IMG/VR virus record: IMGVR_UViG_3300014059_000004
Reading direction: 5' to 3' (one strand)
Length of the DNA stretch: 64,000 nt
From: a virus
The position numbers and the translations under genes are program-made. This document shows positions 27,770-36,924 of this stretch, one piece after another (positions within the stretch are counted from its first letter, which is position 1; every line of letters starts with the position of its first letter). Below the pieces are notes generated by a model. The model had not been told where the DNA came from, did no database searches, and saw only the letters and a program-made list of their open reading frames with translations.

Positions 27770-28726
27770 ATGAAGCTTCATCCTCTTGTCGCAAAAGATC
27801 GTTTCATGCCGAAAGATGATTTCATTCGTTGGTTTGAGATGAATGGTTTCCTCACAAATGCAGCGTGGAATCTGATTGACATGGCGTTCAAACACGGTGC
27901 TTACATTGCTGGCGGGTTTGCTAACAAGGTTGCCACAGTTAAGAACTGCGGCAAGTATCGCGGTGATCTTGAAGAAGATACGATGAGAGAGTTTTTGATG
28001 TATACGAACTACGAACTGAGACATCCGTATGCTTACAAAGTTCATGGTGGAGACATTGACGTTTGGTTCCGGACGAAAGAAGGTCTAGACGCGTTTCTTC
28101 TTGAGCTGAACGGGAATTTTGAAAATTCGATGAAAGATCGGACGCCCATGACGTCTGGGTTTGGTATTGAAGTGAAGTGTTGGCAGCACCCAGATCCTGC
28201 ACCCGAACCTCGTAGGGATTATCACGGGCAGGTCGTTCAGATCATGACTGCTGTGTGGGGTGAACCAGAAGAAATCATGGAGAAGTTTGACATCTACAAT
28301 GCAGCTGTTTGCATCACAAAAGACTGCCAAGTCTTGGTTCCGGAAGGTTGGGAAGATCTCAACGCCAAGGGAATCTTGCACCTTCAACATTTCAATGAGA
28401 AGTATACGTTCCAACGAATTACTAAATGGGCGCAGAAACACGGTTACGTCGGTGGTTTCACGCCGGGTGCAATTGAGATCTTGAAAGAGGCACAACCTAA
28501 ACTCATTGAAGATATCTTGAACTCAAAGATCCCGCGCTACAAGCCCGGAGTTACATGGAACATGCCAGAATTTCTGAAGAGATGGACGCTTCCAATGAGG
28601 AAGCTTCTTCCGATCGAAATCATCCTCAATTTTGTTCCAGTCGGTGGTCAAAAAGACAACTACAAAGAGTATTTCAACCCTTTCATCATTGAGTTGATCC
28701 ATCGTGGGGCAAAAGGAGTGCAATAA
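27770..28726 (+). CDS. hypothetical protein
   Basis: 318-aa ORF. Confidence 0.35.
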   Translation: MKLHPLVAKDRFMPKDDFIRWFEMNGFLTNAAWNLIDMAFKHGAYIAGGFANKVATVKNCGKYRGDLEEDTMREFLMYTNYELRHPYAYKVHGGDIDVWFRTKEGLDAFLLELNGNFENSMKDRTPMTSGFGIEVKCWQHPDPAPEPRRDYHGQVVQIMTAVWGEPEEIMEKFDIYNAAVCITKDCQVLVPEGWEDLNAKGILHLQHFNEKYTFQRITKWAQKHGYVGGFTPGAIEILKEAQPKLIEDILNSKIPRYKPGVTWNMPEFLKRWTLPMRKLLPIEIILNFVPVGGQKDNYKEYFNPFIIELIHRGAKGVQ

Positions 28727-28765
28727 GCAATAGCTATGTAGTACAATTGTCTTAGGAAGGACTCC

Positions 28766-29293
28766 ATGAACCGCGCTCTGTTGCTCAACGCAGACTATTC
28801 ACCGTTGCATTTCATTAGCGATGAACGTGCAATCGTTCTCGTGTACATCGGTCACGCCGAGGTTGTCGAGATGAACGGTGCGCCATCTGTGTGGTCGGGC
28901 GAGTACTTTGTTTCGCCTTCCACGAAGATTGCGGTGCCAGCAACCATCAGGCTGACTTCAAGAATCACCAAGAAGTGGAAGCAGCCTCGATTCAGGCGAA
29001 AGGTCTTGTTCAACCGCGACGGGTGGAAGTGTCAGTACTGCTCTGAAGAGCTTAATTGGTCTTCCGTCACGATGGACCACGTTCATCCAAGTTCACGAGG
29101 TGGAGACACTTCGTGGAAGAACTGCGTCGCGGCATGCAAGCCTTGCAATCGCAAGAAGGCGAACAGGACTCCTGATGAAGCGAACATGCGCCTCCTGAAG
29201 GTACCAGTGAACCCAACGCCGCTGCACTTTTGGGACATCTCTAAAACCTCCGCAGTCCACCCTGACTGGGAGGCATTTATCCCAAAGATGTAA
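28766..29293 (+). CDS. free-standing HNH endonuclease
   Basis: 'CQYCSEELNWSSVTMDHVHPSSRGGDTSWKNCVAACKPCNRKK' HNH/Zn motif. Confidence 0.6.
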   Translation: MNRALLLNADYSPLHFISDERAIVLVYIGHAEVVEMNGAPSVWSGEYFVSPSTKIAVPATIRLTSRITKKWKQPRFRRKVLFNRDGWKCQYCSEELNWSSVTMDHVHPSSRGGDTSWKNCVAACKPCNRKKANRTPDEANMRLLKVPVNPTPLHFWDISKTSAVHPDWEAFIPKM

Positions 29294-29305
29294 TACTTAC
29301 GCTAT

Positions 29306-29533
29306 GTGAGCGGTAAGAAAAAAGCAGAAACGCTGCGGACCACGGTCGGAGAGATTCGATCTGTGGTCCGCAGCCAATTTAGGCTCTTGAATGAAGCCTA
29401 CGATCATGATTTGCTAGATGATCCAGCATTCAATGAAGAATCTATGCTTGTTCCAGATTCGACGAAGGTTCTGATAAAAAAGTACCTAGAGCTGATGGGC
29501 CTAAGTAATAGCAGATCTCACGGTTCAAGTTGA
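29306..29533 (+). CDS. hypothetical small protein
   Basis: 75-aa ORF. Confidence 0.25.
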   Translation: MSGKKKAETLRTTVGEIRSVVRSQFRLLNEAYDHDLLDDPAFNEESMLVPDSTKVLIKKYLELMGLSNSRSHGSS

Positions 29534-29563
29534 GTACAATACTTAGAACGTAGGAGAAGCTTT

Positions 29564-30694
29564 ATGCACGTTAGGTTGAAAGATCTGCAGAACCTCGTAA
29601 GCAAGGTTCTTAATGAGGAAACTGTTCTTAGGGAACTGCGAGAAGAAGTTGCATCGAAGCTGGGTCCATCAGTCAACACTGCTGGTTCGCTCCAGCAAGT
29701 TGCTGAAGAAGCCATCTACAGGTTGGATGTGCTTGCTAGAACCGGTCGCAAGCATGAAATCTTTGATGAGCAGCTTAGCGCAAAGCTATCGACGATGAAA
29801 TCATCTGCTGCACGTGATCTTGCAGCTCGAATGTTGCCAGAACGCAAGCTTTTGAAGCTTGCTACTGATCCATCGCCAGCAGTTCGTCACAGCGTGGCAC
29901 GTCGAGTTCCTTTCAAGGTTCTCGTTGAGATGAAGAAGAAGTACAGGAATGACGACGAGCTAAACGTCATCTTTGAGAGCAGGAAGCTAAACGAAGCTGG
30001 TTTGCCGAAGCCAAAGGTTGATGACGAACAGTTTGACATGTACGGCGAAGAAGCTCTTGGCGATGCTGTGAAGCAACGTGATGATATTGAACTGTCTGAT
30101 CAATGGTACGAATCTCTTGCAGGGAAGTTCATCCAAGATTACGGAACGAACCTTGAGGGGCAGTGGGAAGAGCTTCTTGTGAAGAGATATTGTTCTTCTG
30201 TTAAAGCAACGTCTGGTGTTGAAGTTGACACAGAAAAACTTCTGAAGTGTGTTAAAGACTTGCTTGAAGAAAGAGAAGAGCTTCACCTAAAGAGGAACGA
30301 GCTTAAGGAATCTGCTTCCAGGCGTGCTTCACACATGCTGCCTGAGTACGTTGAATCCAAAGATCCAGTGAAAGAACTGTTGCATACAAACTGCTCTGCA
30401 TCGCAGTACGTGGCTCTAGCAAAAAGCGTGTTTAAGATCTCTGAGACAATTGCGTCGCACAGCGTTCGTAACGGCAGGCTCAACGAAGGTCTAGACATCA
30501 GCAACGTTGTTCCTTTCTCTGGGCGCTTGCCTTCAAAGGGTGAATTCCGCAACGTTGATGAACGTGCAGTTCAGCGTTACGTTGATTCTTGGAACATGAT
30601 CCAAGAGAGCAAGGGTGACATTGTGAAACTCACGTGGTCGCCGTCTCCGGCACAGCGTGGAAGATTTACGCTAAAGATCATGGAAAAGTTATGA
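29564..30694 (+). CDS. leader-family protein (376 aa)
   Basis: 'MHVRLKDLQNLVSKVLNEE' leader. Confidence 0.4.
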   Translation: MHVRLKDLQNLVSKVLNEETVLRELREEVASKLGPSVNTAGSLQQVAEEAIYRLDVLARTGRKHEIFDEQLSAKLSTMKSSAARDLAARMLPERKLLKLATDPSPAVRHSVARRVPFKVLVEMKKKYRNDDELNVIFESRKLNEAGLPKPKVDDEQFDMYGEEALGDAVKQRDDIELSDQWYESLAGKFIQDYGTNLEGQWEELLVKRYCSSVKATSGVEVDTEKLLKCVKDLLEEREELHLKRNELKESASRRASHMLPEYVESKDPVKELLHTNCSASQYVALAKSVFKISETIASHSVRNGRLNEGLDISNVVPFSGRLPSKGEFRNVDERAVQRYVDSWNMIQESKGDIVKLTWSPSPAQRGRFTLKIMEKL

Positions 30695-31245
30695 AGCGAC
30701 GCCTAGTAGAAACTCTAGAAGTTCAGATTGTCCTTGCTGATAACAACGCAGGGTTTGTCACAGAGAACATGTGTGCTGAGTGGGGATCTGTAACGTACCC
30801 TGAACTTTCAGTCATGCTAGTTCATTTGAGGCATCTTGCTCTGCTACACCAGACGCATCACTGGACTGCGAAGGGTGATCCATTCTACGGTGATCACTTG
30901 CTGTTTGAGCGTCTCTACAACTCAGTAACACCAGAGATTGATTCAGTAGCTGAGAAAGCTATTGGCCTAGGCACGACTGCAAATGTCGACGTTGCGCTTC
31001 AGACGATGCAGTTGAACAAGCTAGTTCAGAATTACGGCATGTCACAGATGATTCCAACTGAATCTGACCTAGCACGTAGGTCGCTGATGGCAGAGTATAA
31101 TTTTCTTGCCGTTGTCGCAAAACTTGTCGAGCTCATGAAAGAATCTGGAACGTTGACTCGAGGCCTAGACAACTTGATCGCTGGCATAGAAGATCAACAT
31201 GAAGGAAATTGCTACTTGCTGAAGCAAAGGTGCTCTTTAGGTTGA
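30691..31245 (+). CDS. Dps/ferritin-like protein
   Basis: 'HLALLHQTHHWTAKGDPFYGDHLLFERLY...DSVAEKAIGLG' Dps ferroxidase-site pattern. ATGA overlap with the upstream stop. Confidence 0.55.
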   Translation: MKRRLVETLEVQIVLADNNAGFVTENMCAEWGSVTYPELSVMLVHLRHLALLHQTHHWTAKGDPFYGDHLLFERLYNSVTPEIDSVAEKAIGLGTTANVDVALQTMQLNKLVQNYGMSQMIPTESDLARRSLMAEYNFLAVVAKLVELMKESGTLTRGLDNLIAGIEDQHEGNCYLLKQRCSLG

Positions 31246-31778
31246 AAAAAGTTCAACGAAGCCTGTCTCCGCTTGAATTTGCAGCTGCTAAGTCTTTCCA
31301 TCTAAAAGTAGTCTGTCATTCTCGACGACCGTACTTGATCACTAAGTGGAGGCGCATGCCAAAGAGCTCGGAAGCATTGACATGTTGGTGCGCTAAAGAT
31401 CCTCACTTCGGTAAAGTGTATATCACGCTAAAGTATACGGTGGACGTTCCACCACAATCTATAAAGAAAGGTCGTCCTATCACGAGAAAAACATGGCTCG
31501 TGACGTTGGGTTCTGAACCGTTCGAGTACAAACCAGATTGTGATTCTGTGGTCTTCAAACGCTACGTGATCAGCAATGAAGAAACAAGGGTTGAGCTCAT
31601 CCAGCATGCATTGTCCAACCAGATGTTTGCTATGTTTGGCATCAACGTCTATAAGACAGACGGTTTTAAGATAACAGAAACAAAGAAGAGGATCGAAGAA
31701 ACGAAGCTTGTTGCATCAGTTCCTTCGAAGAATTTGAATCGTGGTAGAGATACTTACACTTGGAAGTTAAACCAATGA
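31209..31778 (+). CDS. hypothetical protein
   Basis: 189-aa ORF. Confidence 0.3.
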   Translation: MLLAEAKVLFRLKKVQRSLSPLEFAAAKSFHLKVVCHSRRPYLITKWRRMPKSSEALTCWCAKDPHFGKVYITLKYTVDVPPQSIKKGRPITRKTWLVTLGSEPFEYKPDCDSVVFKRYVISNEETRVELIQHALSNQMFAMFGINVYKTDGFKITETKKRIEETKLVASVPSKNLNRGRDTYTWKLNQ

Positions 31779-32470
31779 AGATGAAAATTTCGACTCTCCG
31801 GAACGTGATCAAGGAAGTTCTTGAGACTGTTGCTGGTCAGGATGACGCCGCTGAGTTTGACGCAGCTCTCGCTGCTTACGCAAACGACTGGAAGAACTTT
31901 ACTCGTGAGACGCCAGAAGTTGATCCAGTCGAGGCTGCTGAAGCTGCTGCTGATGGTTTCTTTTACGACAATCCAGGTTGGCAGAAGTGGTCGATTGGAA
32001 CTGGAATGTCACGTGAAGACATGGCTCAAGCAGTTGTCGATGCCGTGTACAGCGCTATGATGAATGGTCCAGTGACTGAAGCTACAGAAAAAGAAAGTGA
32101 GTACGGTCGCACGGGCGCTGATCCTGGTCCATACCCAACGCCAGAAAATTTTTGGGTTAACCGTCGTGACGGCAACGGTTCCTACGATGCGAAACACCGT
32201 TGGGGTCCTAACCCACCTCCGGGTGCCAAATACGAAGAGTCGTTTGATGACGGTCATCTTAAGCCAGGACCAGTAGTCATCAACAATCGCTTCTGGTACG
32301 ATAACATCGAAGTCATGGATGACGACGAGGCCGAGCAGAAGCAAATCATAAATCTAAAGCCTGGTGAGTCGTGGCACACCGGCGGCGGATTCCACGGTAA
32401 CGGATACACGGTAACGAGGGTTTCTTTACCACTTAAGGGCCCACCAAGGCCCACAGAATTAATCTTCTAA
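31760..32470 (+). CDS. leader-family protein, Gly/Pro-rich
   Basis: 'MKMKISTLRNVIKEVLE' leader. Confidence 0.4.
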   Translation: MEVKPMKMKISTLRNVIKEVLETVAGQDDAAEFDAALAAYANDWKNFTRETPEVDPVEAAEAAADGFFYDNPGWQKWSIGTGMSREDMAQAVVDAVYSAMMNGPVTEATEKESEYGRTGADPGPYPTPENFWVNRRDGNGSYDAKHRWGPNPPPGAKYEESFDDGHLKPGPVVINNRFWYDNIEVMDDDEAEQKQIINLKPGESWHTGGGFHGNGYTVTRVSLPLKGPPRPTELIF

Positions 32471-32471
32471 T

Positions 32472-32500
32472 AAAAGAGGTAGTTTTATGCTGCCTCTTTT
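32472..32500. terminator. bidirectional hairpin terminator between convergent genes (aaaagagg...cctctttt)
   Basis: 8-bp stem flanked by A-run and T-run on opposite sides, between a + gene and the lone - gene. Confidence 0.45.
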
Positions 32501-32502
32501 AT

Positions 32503-32997
32503 TCATTTAGCGCTCGGCCAGGCACCCGTTGCTTTATGAGTCATCCAAGCTGCGAATCCTTCAGGATTTTCCATGCCAGCACTCTTTGCTTTCTTCACCT
32601 TGTCTTTGAACTTCTTGGTGCCCTTGACCCACGATTTTGCAGCGGCTTTCGAAGGCCCGCGCTTCTTTGCTTCTGCAACGTTGTTTTCGACAACGTCACC
32701 CTCATCATTGACAATCAAGTAGCTCGGCAGCGCTGCAACGACAGCTTCTTCGGTTGTTGCCAGCCAGCTCGCAAGTGCCTCGAGTGATACGATTCCTTCT
32801 TCTCTGTACAAGTCTTCCCACGTTGTGATGACTTCTTGAGGAGAGATTCGAACCCGCGTTTCTTCCATGCTCAACGGTTCACCGAAGCGCTCTGTCAAGA
32901 TCTTGTTCGCTGATTCAAAGATGTTGGTCTTAAGCATGTTACTAAGTATGTGAAAATCTGAAGCAACAAGTGATATAGTATGCACCTCATGAGCCAA
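32503..32997 (-). CDS. hypothetical protein with Lys/Ala-rich histone-H1-like C-terminal tail
   Basis: Minus-strand ORF. Tail 'KKRGPSKAAAKSWVKGTKKFKDKVKKAKSAG'. Confidence 0.4.
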   Translation of the reverse strand: MAHEVHTISLVASDFHILSNMLKTNIFESANKILTERFGEPLSMEETRVRISPQEVITTWEDLYREEGIVSLEALASWLATTEEAVVAALPSYLIVNDEGDVVENNVAEAKKRGPSKAAAKSWVKGTKKFKDKVKKAKSAGMENPEGFAAWMTHKATGAWPSAK

Positions 32998-33327
32998 CAG
33001 CAGAATTTCTTGAGGGTAAAGCTTCTAGAAGAGTTCAACCAGATATTGTGCGAGCATAATCCGATGTGTCTGAACGAAGTTAGCGCAGACGAATACCAGT
33101 CTGAGGCTCTGTCTATCCTTGCAAGATTTTCAGAAGCTGGGTTTCACCTGGCTGAAAAAGACTCGATCGGCGAGCTGGCTAGCAGCATCGTGCTCAGCGT
33201 TCTGAACTTTTGGTTCACAGACACTGCACACCAGCACAGAGACAAAATCAACAAGTGTTCAGCAGCGCTCGTAGAAGCGTACTATAACTCTTGGATCAGA
33301 ACAAGTGTAGATGAGGGCTTAGTGTAG
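32980..33327 (+). CDS. hypothetical protein
   Basis: 115-aa ORF. Confidence 0.3.
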   Translation: MHLMSQQQNFLRVKLLEEFNQILCEHNPMCLNEVSADEYQSEALSILARFSEAGFHLAEKDSIGELASSIVLSVLNFWFTDTAHQHRDKINKCSAALVEAYYNSWIRTSVDEGLV

Positions 33328-33340
33328 TACGATAGCGGCA

Positions 33341-34351
33341 ATGTCGAAGAAAGTTCTGATCACGGGTATCGCTGGTTTTCTTGGTTCGCATCTTGCGTTG
33401 CATCACATCGCAGCCGGTGATGAGGTGATCGGTCTGGATGATTTCTCTTCGTCGAAGAGAGATTCTCTTCATCTTGCTACGATCAAGCGCCTCATGGCAG
33501 AGAAGAAGTTGGGGGAAGTCTATGAGTGCGACATTGCAGAGCAGAAGCAGGTTCATTACTGCTTGCAGAAGCACGCAATGAAAAAGTCACCAGCGGGAAT
33601 TGATCTGATCTATAACTTCGCTTGCCCTGCTTCACCGCCTCGATACCAACAGATTCCAACGAAGACGATGATGACATGCGTGGCCGGAACTAACAACATC
33701 ATCGACGTTGCTATGTGTAACAATTCTGTAGTTGTGCACGCCTCAACGTCTGAAGTGTACGGCGATCCGGATATCACTCCTCAAGTTGAATCTTATAGGG
33801 GTTGCGTGAACCCTTACGGTCCCCGAGCATGCTACGATGAAGGCAAGCGCGCAGCAGAAGCGTTGTGCTACGATTCTCTTTTCAAGTACGGCGTAGACGT
33901 ACGTCTCGTTAGAATATTCAACACGTATGGCCCTCATCTTGATGTAACAGACGGACGTGTAGTTTCAAACTTTATAACTCAAGCCTTGTACAACAAAGAT
34001 ATCACAATCTATGGTGATGGTTCTCAAACAAGGTCATTTTGTTACGTAGATGATCTGATACGTGGAATTGTTTCTTTGGGAGCCTTGAGCTACAATCCAA
34101 AAACGCCCATTAATTTGGGAAATCCAAATGAGTTTACCATTAAAGAACTTGCAGATGTTGTTATGTCTTTGATTCCAAGTAGCAAATCAAAATTTGTATG
34201 GCAGTCCATACCTATTGATGATCCACTTCAGAGAAAACCAGATATTACTATAGCGAAAGAAATTCTTAAATGGCAACCGAGTGTGCAATTGCTGGAAGGT
34301 CTTCAGAAGACGATACACTACATTCAGAACGTGAATGTGCAATTTACGTGA
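33341..34351 (+). CDS. NAD-dependent sugar-nucleotide epimerase/dehydratase (UDP-glucuronate decarboxylase-like SDR)
   Basis: 'VLITGIAGFLGSHL' Rossmann motif. 'TSEVYGDP'. Catalytic 'YDEGK' (YxxxK). Confidence 0.65.
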   Translation: MSKKVLITGIAGFLGSHLALHHIAAGDEVIGLDDFSSSKRDSLHLATIKRLMAEKKLGEVYECDIAEQKQVHYCLQKHAMKKSPAGIDLIYNFACPASPPRYQQIPTKTMMTCVAGTNNIIDVAMCNNSVVVHASTSEVYGDPDITPQVESYRGCVNPYGPRACYDEGKRAAEALCYDSLFKYGVDVRLVRIFNTYGPHLDVTDGRVVSNFITQALYNKDITIYGDGSQTRSFCYVDDLIRGIVSLGALSYNPKTPINLGNPNEFTIKELADVVMSLIPSSKSKFVWQSIPIDDPLQRKPDITIAKEILKWQPSVQLLEGLQKTIHYIQNVNVQFT

Positions 34352-34998
34352 TCACTAACAATGTTAATAACAAACGATATGTTGGGAAATCTGTTCAGCC
34401 AACTAGACGTTGGCTTGGGCACAAATCTTATGCCCGACGTGGTGATCTAAGAAGATTGTATTGTTCGATGCGAAAACATGGCGTTGAACAGTTCAAATTT
34501 GAAATATTGACGTGGTGTGATAGTGAAGACGCTGCTTTTCTTGAAGAAAAAAGAATAGTAACTGAGTGGAATCTATGTGATCCACGTGTAGGTTATAACT
34601 TGACTAGTGGTGGTCGTGGTGGATGTAGAGTGTCAGATCAAGTACGTCATAGAATGAAATTGCGTGAACCTTCAATGAAGGGTCGTAAACACACTGAAGA
34701 AACAAAGCGTCTATTGTCAATAGCTAGCTCTGGTGCTAATAATGCAAATTTTGGTAAACATAAAAGTGATGAAACTAAGCAAAAAATGAGTGATTCACAA
34801 AAAGGTCGTAAATTTACTGATGATCATCGTGAAAAGCTACGCCAGGCGAAGCTTGGAAAAAAGACAGGACGTAGTATACCACCAGAAATGGCTATAGCAA
34901 GAAGAAATATGAAAGGAACTATCGAGGCAAAAGAAGCTGCTAAATTGGGTTGGATAACACGTCGTGCCAAAATTAATGATGATACTGTAAATCAGTAA
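34270..34998 (+). CDS. free-standing GIY-YIG homing endonuclease
   Basis: 'IYVITNNVNNKRYVGKS...RRWLGHKS' GIY-YIG. Repeated basic NUMOD-like modules. Confidence 0.55.
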   Translation: MATECAIAGRSSEDDTLHSERECAIYVITNNVNNKRYVGKSVQPTRRWLGHKSYARRGDLRRLYCSMRKHGVEQFKFEILTWCDSEDAAFLEEKRIVTEWNLCDPRVGYNLTSGGRGGCRVSDQVRHRMKLREPSMKGRKHTEETKRLLSIASSGANNANFGKHKSDETKQKMSDSQKGRKFTDDHREKLRQAKLGKKTGRSIPPEMAIARRNMKGTIEAKEAAKLGWITRRAKINDDTVNQ

Positions 34999-35085
34999 AT
35001 TTATCGACATTTAACGAAAACTTAGTGTGAACTTGCGCTGTCACGAGCCTTACAATGTAAGGTAAGACGAATTACATGACACCGA

Positions 35086-35136
35086 AACGATTTGTTGGTC
35101 TTCATAATCACACGTGCTTTTCTTAGTGGCTCCTAT
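35086..35136 (+). CDS. 16-codon ORF 'MTPKRFVGLHNHTCFS' matching the DnaE PHP-domain N-terminus (displaced original dnaE start?)
   Basis: ATG with upstream 'taaggtaag'. 85% nt identity to 35972-36024, with differences at wobble positions. Ends TAG immediately after the Ser codon. Confidence 0.35.
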
Positions 35137-35164
35137 GGATTATTAGGTGGTCATCTAAATTAAA

Positions 35165-35926
35165 GTGAAGTATATTCATGGTGTTGAAGCCATGAAATCA
35201 AGAGAAAAAGTTTGTGACTGGTGCCATAATCCTTTTATTGATAAATCAAAAGGTAATTGGTGCCGCACATGTTCAAAAAACTGTCGTAATCAACTTCGAA
35301 CGCAAAATATGAGAAAAGGTGGCGCATTTGAATGGGATGAAGAACGACGTAAGAAAATTGGTGAAATAACCAAACAGAATCTACTTTCAGGAAAAGTAGA
35401 AAATCCGTGGTCTCGTAATGAGGTCAAAGAAAAAATTCGTCAGACGAACCTTAAAAAGTTTGGTGTTTCGAACTGGAGACAGACGAAAGAGGGTCGTGAA
35501 AGAACTATTACGTTCAATAAGAAACGAATTCGTTCGCGAGAAGAACGTCGAAAACATAGTGATAATGCTCGAAAACAAATGAAAGGTGGTCTCAAATCAC
35601 GAGGAAAGGCCGGGAAGCGAGATGATCTTCCTGGATTTTATCGCAGTCCATGGGAGGCAAATTACGCACGAATTCTTATCCACCAGGGAAAATCTTGGCT
35701 ATATGAACCGAAAACGTTCGAGCTCGCAAGTGGGATTTCTTACACGCCAGATTTCTATGTTGATGGTTGTTTCATTGAAATCAAAGGCTGGATGGATGAT
35801 CGGTCGAAACGTCAACTCGACGAATTTACAATTGAGTATCCAAACGAGAGGTTGCAAATTGTTGGTCCGAAGGAATATTATAGCCTTCGACAACAATACG
35901 CGTCATTGATTAAGGAATGGGAATGA
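35165..35926 (+). CDS. free-standing homing endonuclease (Zn-finger N-terminus, PD-(D/E)xK C-terminus) inserted at the dnaE 5' end
   Basis: 'CDWCHNPF...CRTCSKNC'. Repeated basic modules. 'PDFYVDGCFIEIKG'. Confidence 0.5.
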   Translation: MKYIHGVEAMKSREKVCDWCHNPFIDKSKGNWCRTCSKNCRNQLRTQNMRKGGAFEWDEERRKKIGEITKQNLLSGKVENPWSRNEVKEKIRQTNLKKFGVSNWRQTKEGRERTITFNKKRIRSREERRKHSDNARKQMKGGLKSRGKAGKRDDLPGFYRSPWEANYARILIHQGKSWLYEPKTFELASGISYTPDFYVDGCFIEIKGWMDDRSKRQLDEFTIEYPNERLQIVGPKEYYSLRQQYASLIKEWE

Positions 35927-36924
35927 AAATTAACGATTCAAACAACAGAAAGGAGGTATCCCTAGAAAACTCTGTGCGCACTCCGAAGCGATTTGTTGGT
36001 TTGCATAATCACACAGGGTTTTCGTAGGGGATTTAATCACCCTTTGACGGCCTCGGATACCCGAACGAACATTTCGATTTTTGTCGTGAGAATGGTCTTG
36101 ATGCTCACGCAATTACTGAGCACGGTAACATGAACAGTTACGCTCATGCTCAACTCGCAGTTGAAGATTGGAATAAAGCAAACCCAAAACTTCCTTTCAA
36201 GTACATTCCGGGTTGTGAAATGTACTTTCACCCAAGCTTGAAGCAGTGGGAAGTTGACAAGCTTCGTGCTGAAGAAGCCCTGGTCGATAAGAAAGCAGCA
36301 GCGAAGCTCCTGAAGGAGCAGGAAAAGCTGCAGACAAAGATCATTGCTGTCGTCGATGAAGCGGATGAAACCGAAGACATCGAGATGACCAATGCTCTGA
36401 CAGTTGAAAATGAAGACGAGTCAAAGTCAACGAAGCACTTCAATCCCGTCAACCGTCGTCATCACCTTGTTGTTCTGCCAAAGAACCAGCAGGGCTTGCT
36501 GTCCATTTTCTCTGCGTGCTCGAAAGCGTACATGCAGGGTTTTTACAGATTCCCTCGCATCGACTTGGAGATGCTGAAGGAAGCAGGAAAAGATCGTAAC
36601 ATCGTTGTCACTTCTGCATGCATTCATCCAGATTCAATTGTGATCACCAATTGTGGTTCAATGAAGATTGTTAATCTAGTTGAACATGTAAAAAATGGCA
36701 CTGAAATTTCGGTGTTGTCATATGATCATGACACAAACCAACTTGTTTTTAAGAAAGTTACTTGGGCTGATAAAACAAGAGAACAAGCAAAAATTGTTCG
36801 AATTAAGCTTAAAAATGGTGCAACATTGCGGGTAACGCCTGATCACAAAGTCTATACTAAACGTGGTTGGGTAGAAGCACAAGAACTTCTGAAAACAGAT
36901 CATATACTGTCAATCCACCAATAG
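35923..36924 (+). CDS. dnaE: DnaE (Pol III alpha) N-terminal PHP-domain segment plus split-intein IntN (36619-36921); reading frame interrupted by in-frame TAG (36025-27) and TAA (36034-36) 15 nt apart; conventional ORF resumes at 36130
   Basis: 'RFVGLHNHTGFS'-[tag ggg att taa tca]-'PFDGLGYPNEHFDFCRENGLDAHAITEHGNM...HLVVLPKNQQGLLSIF...IVVTSA|CIHPDSIV' aligns with the DnaE PHP N-terminus. All parts are in one frame. Confidence 0.45.
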
